A stretch of 36,003 bases of DNA from Desulfobacterales bacterium. GTDB lineage: Bacteria; Desulfobacterota; Desulfobacteria; Desulfobacterales; JAHEIW01. Within the stretch, counting starts at the first letter, position 1. Every line of letters begins with the position of its first letter. The notes beneath the pieces are model-generated. The model saw only the letters and a program-made list of their open reading frames with translations. It was not told the DNA's origin and ran no database searches. Positions 8,669 through 16,515 of the stretch are shown here, in pieces. Location: assembly GCA_050123495.1 (NCBI GenBank), contig JASFGZ010000002.1, positions 1 to 36,003 of the forward strand. Reading direction: 5' to 3'. The translations under genes were made by a program, and so were the position numbers.

Positions 8669-9745
8669 TCATTTCGCTTTTGCTTTGAACGCCTCTATGG
8701 CTGCCTTGATCGTTCCATCGGTAGCGATTACCCAGGACGAGTCCCACAAGCCCTTTTCCTCCAGATATTTCGCCAATCCCGGATGTACGGGAACCTCGGG
8801 TATGCTCTGTATCCCCTTAACCTGGAACCCGGCGAAGTCTGCTGCCAGTGGTCCGAAACCGGGGTCCAGCTTAGTTAGCATCTCCGCTTCGGCTTCAAAT
8901 GCTTTGAGTGCTTGATAAACAGCCTCTGCCGGGAACTTCAGCCCGTGGTGGTAACCGAAGTAAAAAGGCACGCCAAAGAGTTCATCCACTCCCAGGTCTT
9001 TCGTATAGGCTTTCTTCATGTTGATCTTTGCCGGAGTAAAACCTGCCGCTGTTAGCTTCTTGATTTGTTCCGGGGTTGGATTCACTCCCTGCAGGGGGCT
9101 GGCCACATCAAGCACCTTAATCCAGCCAGCCAGCGATACCAAAGCCGTTGTGTAAGCGGCGGTGGCGTCGATGGTTCCCGCTCTTAGCGCATCCGCAACC
9201 TTTGACATATCAACTTCGACGTGCTTGATCTTCAGACCATTGATATCGCTCATGGCTCTGAAGATGTTGATATGGTTCATATATCCGGCCTTGGTCATAT
9301 AGATTTTCTTGCCGTCCAAATCCGACCAGCTGCGATATTTGTCTTTGTTCTTCGGTAAAGTCAATATGTGTGTTTCCATGGTGTAGCTCCAGAAAGACTG
9401 CACCGGCATTTGCTGTACGTTGGGTTCAAAGCCCTTGTATGGTTTTTGAAACGCGTACAATTTTCTCAATCCCGGCTCGGCCGAATACGTGCTTTCCAGC
9501 TCACCCACGAGAAAGCTCTTGATATTAGCGGTGGTCGAAACGTATGGATAAACGGTAACGTCGTAATCCGGCATAGCCCTTCGCAAGAAATCTGACAAGA
9601 AAGCGGATACTCTATAACCATAAGCCCCTGGATTAGAGGTCCCCCATCTCCACACGTATTTAGCTTCCGCGGGGCCAGATAAAGCAAATACCGATAGTAG
9701 CACCGCAGCCAATCCTAAAACCAATCCCAACTTAAGTTTTTTCAT
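8669..9745 (-). CDS. TAXI-family TRAP solute-binding protein (divergent member)
   Basis: Signal peptide MKKLKLGLVLGLAAVLLSVFALSGPAEA; 358 aa; GGAG ribosome-binding site. It sits upstream of the fused TRAP permease. The Gly-rich N-terminal motif is less canonical than in the second copy. Confidence 0.75.
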   Translation of the reverse strand: MKKLKLGLVLGLAAVLLSVFALSGPAEAKYVWRWGTSNPGAYGYRVSAFLSDFLRRAMPDYDVTVYPYVSTTANIKSFLVGELESTYSAEPGLRKLYAFQKPYKGFEPNVQQMPVQSFWSYTMETHILTLPKNKDKYRSWSDLDGKKIYMTKAGYMNHINIFRAMSDINGLKIKHVEVDMSKVADALRAGTIDATAAYTTALVSLAGWIKVLDVASPLQGVNPTPEQIKKLTAAGFTPAKINMKKAYTKDLGVDELFGVPFYFGYHHGLKFPAEAVYQALKAFEAEAEMLTKLDPGFGPLAADFAGFQVKGIQSIPEVPVHPGLAKYLEEKGLWDSSWVIATDGTIKAAIEAFKAKAK

Positions 9746-10334
9746 TTTTATCTCCTTTTGTTTTATTCCTGATTTAAGATTTTAGCGTCTCGACCTAATT
9801 TATATTAGTAAGCACCACCTCCCTTGCATTTTATTAGATTGCATATTTTGCTCCGGTTGGAACGGTAAAGCAGAGCACCCGTAAAATGATCCCCACGATT
9901 CCCAACAAAACCTTTCCCTGTATATATGGCCGCCGCCTTCCCTGTGAGTTAATAGTGTTACCCATGCAAAATTTAACAGGTCAATCGTTTCTAACAATTT
10001 TTGGCAATTATTTTATTGGCAGAAAAAGTATCCCGCAAGGCGGCCGTATTTACCGATTTCAGGAAGGGATCAGCGGATTATCGGATATTGCAGGATAAGA
10101 AGTTCCGCTCAGATCGAGAATAGATAATGCGTAAGGAATTTTTTAATTTTGATATCATATAATAAATTCTGAAGTCAATCTTATAGATTTTAAAGGTGAT
10201 TTAACCGGGTCGCTTAAAATCGAAGGTTGGCATTATTCCGGAGTGACCTCAAGTCTGGATTTATTGAGAAAGTTCAAATTATCGGCATTTATGGTTTTTA
10301 CCATAAGAATCAAGAAATTCGAAATTTTATCAAT

Positions 10335-10378
10335 AAAAACGCCCATTCTGAACCGATGCTGGTTCAAAACGGGCGTTT
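10335..10378 (-). terminator. Rho-independent terminator of the vWA/OmpA gene
   Basis: On the minus strand the sequence reads AAACGCCC..GAACCA-loop-GGTTC..GGGCGTTTTTATT. This is a two-tier GC-rich stem followed by a U-run, about 20 nt after the stop. Confidence 0.7.
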
Positions 10379-10398
10379 CATTTAGGGGAGGCTATGGG

Positions 10399-13263
10399 TT
10401 AGTTGGTCTGTTCGTATTCCAGTGTCACCGTCACCGTGCGGTTGAGTGCGCGGCCTTCCGGGAGCGCGTTGTCAAACAACGGGTTGTGGGGCCCGGCACC
10501 TTCATAGGAAATGTCGCCACTCCCAACGGCACCTCCAGCCAGGATCATATCAAAAGCCGCCTTGGCCCGTCGCTTGGAAAGATCGATGTTGTAGGCTTCT
10601 TTGCCGATGGTATCCGTGTGGCCTTCAATTCTGACCCTGGCCGTCGGAACCTCCTTTATGCGGCTAACGATCCGATCCACCACGGCCCGGTTACGGTCCT
10701 TGATATCGGCACGATTAAAGTCAAAAAGAATCAGGGCATATTTTTCCATGACCTTGTAGCCTTCTTTTTTGGCAACCCGTTCTTCGCGTTTGATAAACCG
10801 CACAGATGTACTGGCATGTGTTTTATAGGTTTGCCCTCTTTTATCTTCTACTTCGATATCGGCGCCGATATTTTCATATCCACCAATCTTGCCCAGGCCG
10901 ATATCCTGGAGGCTAAATTGATAGGTCGGCCTTAAATCTCCCTGTCCAGCGGTGGAATCAATCAGCGTTCCATCGCCGACCAGGGCAACGGTCCAACGGG
11001 CCAGATCATATCCGGCTTGAATTTGAGGTACAACCTGGACTTCCTGGGCGTTGCTGATTTTTTCAACATAAGTGCTTTTGATGGTGTCCAGCAGGGCAAG
11101 GGATTCGGAATAAATTTCGACGCGCTGATTTTCGGCACGGCCTTCTTCGACACTGCTGGCACTGGCAACCTCCGGTCGGTTGCGTGCTTCCAGATCCATA
11201 CGCGCTGATTCGATCCCCCAGATATATTTTAAATACGCCCGCACCGATTCGGCACGACTGCGGGACAGATCCTTGCGGTTAGACTCGTCTCCGCGGTTGG
11301 AGTTGCAGCCGACAATTTTTATGCGGGCTTCCGGGTTCGCACGCAGGCGACTTCCGATAATGTTTAATACATGTGTATACTTTTCCATGGTGCCTTTTAA
11401 TTGGCTTTCGTTAAATGCGTTTGTATCGGCCTGGTTGGAAAAGGTTGCATAGCGGGAAGGTATGTCACTTTGACCGGTTTCAAAAAACACATAATTTAAA
11501 AGCGGCGAGCTGTCGATGGTGGTCACCTCTTCAATGGTGAGACTGGCCGGCTGAATGGCCACGGTTCCCTTGGGCGGCCCGACCAGTTCATGGATCAATT
11601 CTTTTTTGGCCACCGTTACCGGGCACAGATCCGTAACGGTTTCATAGGTATCGTTATTGATATCGGTAACCCTGATCAGTGCCTGGAGGTTGGTGCCGGC
11701 CACCAGCCTATCCCGGCCAAGGTCGTCCAGCGATATGCCAAAAACCGGGTCGACTGCATCGGAGCCCGTTAAAGTCTTGATGGTCTTGTTGTCCGCCTGA
11801 ACACTCAACTCCCAGTTTGCGACTCCGTATTCTGCGATGATCTGGGACATAATTTTTATCTCGTTTAAGTTGCTGCTTTCGGCGATAAACGGGTTGGCGG
11901 CCATCGCCTGCATATCGCTGGAGTCATAAATGATTTCCACGCGCTGATTTTCCGGCCGGCTCCCTACCATTTGTACCGGTGCGGGGTTGGTCGGTAAATT
12001 GCGGGCTTCCACTTTCATACGCGCGCTGTCAATTTCCCAGACCGTGTGCAGATAATCTTTAACGGCCGCGGCCCTGGCTCTGGAAAGATCAAGGTTACCT
12101 TTCTCAACTCCGCTATCCGAGTTGCAGCCCACGATACGAATATGTGCTTCGGGAAGCTCGGATAAATGCCGGCCCACAATATTTAGCACATTTTTATACC
12201 GATCCAGCGAGCTGGTCAGCACTTTCTCGTTAAAGGCCGCGGTGTGCGCGTGGCTCTTTAACAGAACATAGCGGTCGGGAATTTCGCTTGCGCCTGTTTC
12301 AAAAAACACCGTGTTGAGAACCGGAGAGCCGTCCAGCAGGGTCAGCATGTCAAAATTTAATGCGGCCGGCTGCAGACGCAATGTTCCCTTGGGTGGGTCC
12401 AGAAACTGGTAATTGATGACATAACGGTAGAGCAGGGTGGTCGAAAAGGACTTGAAGATGGGCAGCAGCTCTGAGGCGGACGTTGCCTTCCAGACACGTC
12501 CACCATGCGCTTGGGCAAAGGATTTAAGAAACGTATCCACTTTATTGCCCGGCATATAATCGACGGCAAAGACTTCGAAGTTTTCGATGCCTTTGGCTTC
12601 AGAATCGACAAAATCGACTTCAAAGTCGCTGTTTATGTCCTCACCATCAGAAAAAACCACCAGAAATTTGGTGTTTTCTCTGGGCATTTGGCGGATAATG
12701 GTGATGCCGGCCTCCATGGCTTCATATAGAAAGGTCTGGCTGGTCAGACCTTCATCAAATGCTTCATCTAGAAATGCTTTCAATTCCGGGATAAATTTTG
12801 AGCGATAGGTTTTGATATTTAGATTATAGCCCTTAACCTGCATGGTTCCTTGTTTATCAAAGACCACAACGGTAACATTGTCGATCGGGCGCAGGGTTTT
12901 AAAAAATTCGTCCAGGGCGGCCAGCAGCGGCTCAATGGCCTGGCGCCTTTTCATGGAAGCTGAATTGTCCACGACCAGAACAATGTTGAGCGGAACAAAT
13001 TTACTGCTTTCAAGCGGTTCAACGGACAATATCCTGGCTTTTTTGTTGCCACTCTGCAAGACGAAATCTTCAGCCGTTAATCCTCGAACAGGATTATTGT
13101 TGGCATCTTTAACGGACACCAGCAGGCTTTTTTCATCAATAACCTGAAAGTCCAACATGCCTCTGAGAGCCGGTGCTAAGACTTCAAGGGGCTCAGCTGC
13201 CAGGCAACTGGCTGCAACCAAAAGACTGACAGCGACTATCAGCAATGATTCTTTTTTCTTCAT
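10399..13263 (-). CDS. Secreted protein or lipoprotein with a vWA domain and three OmpA-like C-terminal-type domains
   Basis: Signal peptide. vWA MIDAS motif VVDNSAS (DxSxS). Two internal OmpA-like units read VGCNS..LSR.RA..V...ENQRVEI. One canonical terminal unit reads EGHTDTIGKEAYNIDLSKRRA. Confidence 0.9.
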   Translation of the reverse strand: MKKKESLLIVAVSLLVAASCLAAEPLEVLAPALRGMLDFQVIDEKSLLVSVKDANNNPVRGLTAEDFVLQSGNKKARILSVEPLESSKFVPLNIVLVVDNSASMKRRQAIEPLLAALDEFFKTLRPIDNVTVVVFDKQGTMQVKGYNLNIKTYRSKFIPELKAFLDEAFDEGLTSQTFLYEAMEAGITIIRQMPRENTKFLVVFSDGEDINSDFEVDFVDSEAKGIENFEVFAVDYMPGNKVDTFLKSFAQAHGGRVWKATSASELLPIFKSFSTTLLYRYVINYQFLDPPKGTLRLQPAALNFDMLTLLDGSPVLNTVFFETGASEIPDRYVLLKSHAHTAAFNEKVLTSSLDRYKNVLNIVGRHLSELPEAHIRIVGCNSDSGVEKGNLDLSRARAAAVKDYLHTVWEIDSARMKVEARNLPTNPAPVQMVGSRPENQRVEIIYDSSDMQAMAANPFIAESSNLNEIKIMSQIIAEYGVANWELSVQADNKTIKTLTGSDAVDPVFGISLDDLGRDRLVAGTNLQALIRVTDINNDTYETVTDLCPVTVAKKELIHELVGPPKGTVAIQPASLTIEEVTTIDSSPLLNYVFFETGQSDIPSRYATFSNQADTNAFNESQLKGTMEKYTHVLNIIGSRLRANPEARIKIVGCNSNRGDESNRKDLSRSRAESVRAYLKYIWGIESARMDLEARNRPEVASASSVEEGRAENQRVEIYSESLALLDTIKSTYVEKISNAQEVQVVPQIQAGYDLARWTVALVGDGTLIDSTAGQGDLRPTYQFSLQDIGLGKIGGYENIGADIEVEDKRGQTYKTHASTSVRFIKREERVAKKEGYKVMEKYALILFDFNRADIKDRNRAVVDRIVSRIKEVPTARVRIEGHTDTIGKEAYNIDLSKRRAKAAFDMILAGGAVGSGDISYEGAGPHNPLFDNALPEGRALNRTVTVTLEYEQTN
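10759..12396 (-). repeat. Intragenic tandem duplication (2 x ~819 nt, 273 aa) inside the vWA/OmpA gene
   Basis: Both modules begin PPKGT (aa 290 and aa 563). They align through FFETG..IP.RY...I.IVGCNS...LSR.RA..V..YL...ENQRVEI and the following beta-rich segment. Identity is roughly 45-50 % by eye. Confidence 0.7.
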
Positions 13264-13505
13264 CTTATCTCCTTCAAATTAATTTTTGTTTATACATTTT
13301 TATTTTAAAGGGTTTAACGGTTGTTAAGCGGTCATTTTTTCTATCCGTAACCTGCTGAAAATACCGGGTGATCTTAAAATCGGCACCCCCGACAGCAAAT
13401 TTGGGGGAGTTGGTTTATTATAGCAAGAAACATTCCAGGAATAAAACAGAAATATTTAATGTATAAATTTCAGTAAGTTGAGATGGAGACAGATTTGCGT
13501 CGGTG

Positions 13506-13549
13506 ACCGGATGTCAAAAAACCGTCTGATTTTGTGAACAGGATGTCAA
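13506..13549. promoter_or_regulatory. Direct repeat AC(C/A)GGATGTCAA x2 in the divergent intergenic region
   Basis: GGATGTCAA occurs at 13509-13517 and 13541-13549, a 32-nt spacing, about 100 nt upstream of the MFS start. Confidence 0.25.
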
Positions 13550-13646
13550 TTTTTTTTAAACGCCGCCGAATGATAACCTGACAATTTCACCTTTTAGTTT
13601 TCTTCCTCGAAAACTTGCGGTATGTACTTTTATTAAATTCCAATCG

Positions 13647-15245
13647 ATGAGGCCACACTTGAAGCAGAATCGAATCCAACACCCGTGTGCAAAAAAGACC
13701 GACAAAGTAAATCATTGGACAACAGCCGAGCGGGACCTTGGCGCCCGTGAAAAGAATTACGTTATAGCGGCGGCTCTGCTGGCACTTTTCCTTGGGGCAT
13801 TGGATACCCTGATCATGTCAGCAGCCATGCCCACCATCGTAGCAGAACTCGGCAGCATGCACCTGTACAGCTGGGTGTACACCGCCTATTTCCTCGCCCG
13901 GGCCGTGTCGCTGCCCATCTTCGGCAAGCTGGCAGATTTGTATAAAACCAAGACGCTTTTTCTTGTTTCCATTGGAATTTTCCTGATTGCATCTGTTCTG
14001 GCGGGCATGTCGTCGAATATGATATTTTTGATTGTTTTCAGAGTATTACAGGGGATCGGAGCCGGAGGCAATTTTGCGCTGGTTTACATTGTCCTATCCG
14101 ATGTTTCCTCGCCGGAAAGGCGTGGCAAGACACTGTCTCTGGCAAGCTCCATCTGGGGGATCGCCAGCATTTTAGGGCCGACGATCGGCGGATTTATCGT
14201 CACTTATTTTTCCTGGCGTTGGATTTTTTTCATTAATGTGCCGCTCGGTTTGCTTTCGCTGGCGGGTATCGCAGGCTATTTAATAGAAATGCGTTCAAAA
14301 AAGGAAAAAGTTAATCTGGACCTCTCCGGCGTGGCGATACTGTCCGTATTTATTCTGTCTTTTCTAATGGTGTTTTTATTGGGTGGACGCACCTATGCCT
14401 GGCATTCAATTCCGATCATCAGCCTCATGACCCTGACATTCCTTGCGGCCGGTGGATTCTATTTTGTTGAAAAGTATGCGGCAGAACCGATTCTTTCATT
14501 GCGCTTCTTTGAAATGAGTGGATTTCGGATCGGAAATGGCGCTGTATTTCTGAGCAGTTTTACGATTTTTTCACTTTTTGCATATGCGCCGCTTTATATT
14601 CAAGGCGCTTTGGGTAAATCACCGATGATGGTGGGAGTGGGGATGCTGTCGCTCAGCCTCGGATGGTCGGTCGGTTCGCTGGTGCTGGGGCATATGCTCA
14701 ACATTTTAGGGCAAAGGCTCTCTGCGCTTATCGGATCCTTCTGTCTGGTCGGAGGGTGCGGCGTGAGTCTTTTCTTTACAACTGAAACTTCAATGACAAC
14801 AATTTTCCTAATATTTCTCCTGATCGGAATGGGCATGGGTTTTGTTACCCTGTCAACACTGGTGGTTGTTCAAAATTGCCTGGACATCTCTGACCTCGGT
14901 GTCGCAACGGCTTCACATCAATTCGCACGCACATTGGGAGGGACCGTGGGTGTCGGTATTTGCGGCAGCTTTGTCACCGTAAAAATCTCACAGGCCGCAC
15001 ACACGCTCCTTAATTCCGGCTTAACCGATGCGATCCCGCCAGCACTTATATCCGACATAAAAGCGAATATTGAAAACCTATTTCTACCTGAGGTGCAAGC
15101 CGTATTGTCTGATAACGCCAGAACCATTTTGCAGGAAGCAATTGCGGCCGGCGTCTTGGTTGTGTTTTGGATTGTTTTAATCGCCGCCTTGATTTGCCTG
15201 TGCTTCTGTTCGCTGCTGCCCGACGGCAAACCCACAAAACCTTAA
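13647..15245 (+). CDS. MFS transporter, DHA2 (14-TMS, EmrB/QacA-like) type
   Basis: 532 aa with about 14 hydrophobic segments. Motif A-like GKLADLYKTKT and LQGIGAGG are present. The N-terminal ~35 aa and the exact start are uncertain. Confidence 0.85.
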   Translation: MRPHLKQNRIQHPCAKKTDKVNHWTTAERDLGAREKNYVIAAALLALFLGALDTLIMSAAMPTIVAELGSMHLYSWVYTAYFLARAVSLPIFGKLADLYKTKTLFLVSIGIFLIASVLAGMSSNMIFLIVFRVLQGIGAGGNFALVYIVLSDVSSPERRGKTLSLASSIWGIASILGPTIGGFIVTYFSWRWIFFINVPLGLLSLAGIAGYLIEMRSKKEKVNLDLSGVAILSVFILSFLMVFLLGGRTYAWHSIPIISLMTLTFLAAGGFYFVEKYAAEPILSLRFFEMSGFRIGNGAVFLSSFTIFSLFAYAPLYIQGALGKSPMMVGVGMLSLSLGWSVGSLVLGHMLNILGQRLSALIGSFCLVGGCGVSLFFTTETSMTTIFLIFLLIGMGMGFVTLSTLVVVQNCLDISDLGVATASHQFARTLGGTVGVGICGSFVTVKISQAAHTLLNSGLTDAIPPALISDIKANIENLFLPEVQAVLSDNARTILQEAIAAGVLVVFWIVLIAALICLCFCSLLPDGKPTKP

Positions 15246-15449
15246 ACGGGGTAGATGCCATTTATTTTGCATCGGTATCTGGAAATGAAGGCCGCAACGG
15301 TTTATTTAACAGGCCGAAGTTATTCGAAATGTGTGAGATGAACGATGCGTCTAGACCAATCAATAAAAAAGCAATCACCCCCCTTTATCATAAAATAGGT
15401 GAGGATGGCTCAAACTTGTTTTCGGGCGTAAATTAGATAAGGAGGAAAC

Positions 15450-16514
15450 ATGGCTATAAGAAGTCACCGAATCGCTGTGATTCCCGGCGATGGGATCGGC
15501 AAGGAAGTCGTTCCGGAAGGCATCCGGGTCCTTGAAGCCGTGGCACGTCGATTTGACATCAGTTTCAAATGGGATGAATTCACATGGAGTTGTGAAACCT
15601 ATACCCGCACCGGCCGTATGATGCCTGAAGACGGAATCGAACAACTTCGGCGGTATGATGCAATTTTTCTGGGTGCCGTCGGATTTCCCGGCGTTTCCGA
15701 TCATGTTTCTTTATGGGGGCTTTTGATTCCCATTCGCCGGCAAATGCAGCAATGCATCAATCTGCGTCCGGTCCGTATGTTAGAGGGTATGGATTCACCC
15801 TTAAAAGCAAGAGGGCCCGAGGACATCGACTTTCTGATTGTACGAGAAAACAACGAAGGTGAATATTCGGAAATCGGCGGGCGCCTCTATCAGGGGACTG
15901 AAGCCGAAACCGTCGTGCAGGAATCGGTTTTTACGCGCAGCGGTGTCGATCGGGTCATGCGGTTTGCATTTGAACTCGCCAAAACACGTGAGGCCAAACA
16001 TGTTACATCGGCGACCAAGTCCAACGGGATCATCCACACCATGCCTTTCTGGGACGAACGCTTTGCCGCGATCGCCCGTGCGTATCCGGACATTCGCGCC
16101 GATCAGTATCACATCGATATTCTGACGGCCAACTTCGTCCTGCACCCCGACTGGTTCGACGTTGTTGTGGGCAGCAACCTTTTCGGTGACATCCTCTCTG
16201 ATCTGGGCCCTGCCGTCGCGGGCACCATCGGAATCGCACCGTCAGCCAATATCAATCCGACGCGTGCGTATCCCTCGATGTTCGAACCGGTTCACGGCTC
16301 GGCGCCTGATATTGCCGGCAAAGGGATTGCCAATCCCATCGCGCAGATATGGTCGGGCGGGATGATGCTGGATCATCTGGGTCACACGGAAGCAGCGGCC
16401 GCCGTTGAGAAAGCCATCGAAACAGTGCTGCAGACATCTAAACTGCGCACACCGGATATGGGGGGCAGGGCAACAACGATGGAATTGGGAAAAGCGATTG
16501 AAGAAGCGGTTTAA
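15450..16514 (+). CDS. Tartrate dehydrogenase/decarboxylase / D-malate dehydrogenase (decarboxylating) family, within the isopropylmalate/isocitrate dehydrogenase superfamily
   Basis: IAVIPGDGIGKEV, VRENNEGEYS, SATKSN, NLFGDILSDL and FEPVHGSAPDIAGKGIANP are present. Length and motifs match what I recall of DmlA/TtuC-type enzymes. AAGGAGG ribosome-binding site. Confidence 0.85.
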   Translation: MAIRSHRIAVIPGDGIGKEVVPEGIRVLEAVARRFDISFKWDEFTWSCETYTRTGRMMPEDGIEQLRRYDAIFLGAVGFPGVSDHVSLWGLLIPIRRQMQQCINLRPVRMLEGMDSPLKARGPEDIDFLIVRENNEGEYSEIGGRLYQGTEAETVVQESVFTRSGVDRVMRFAFELAKTREAKHVTSATKSNGIIHTMPFWDERFAAIARAYPDIRADQYHIDILTANFVLHPDWFDVVVGSNLFGDILSDLGPAVAGTIGIAPSANINPTRAYPSMFEPVHGSAPDIAGKGIANPIAQIWSGGMMLDHLGHTEAAAAVEKAIETVLQTSKLRTPDMGGRATTMELGKAIEEAV

Positions 16515-16515
16515 C

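Noticed and set aside
9839-9852. Sigma54-like string TTGCATATTTTGCT.
   Set aside because: The invariant GG of the -24 element is missing (TTGCAT rather than TGGCAT), and it lies on the plus strand, where no gene follows.
10312-10325. 13-nt identity (AAGAAATTCGAAA) shared with 27891-27903, considered as another copy of the repeat family.
   Set aside because: A rough estimate gives more than 10 chance 13-mer matches between the two strands of a 36-kb window, and more in AT-rich DNA. This is not significant on its own.
10243-10935. 230-aa plus-strand ORF antisense to the vWA/OmpA gene. Similar long shadow ORFs occur at 4846-5355, 19487-20089, 21600-22193, 25858-26439 and 30599-31150.
   Set aside because: Each lies entirely inside, and antisense or out of frame to, a gene with clear family motifs. 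Their translations are Arg/Gly/Pro/Ser-rich and low-complexity, which is typical of shadow frames, and they lack ribosome-binding sites.
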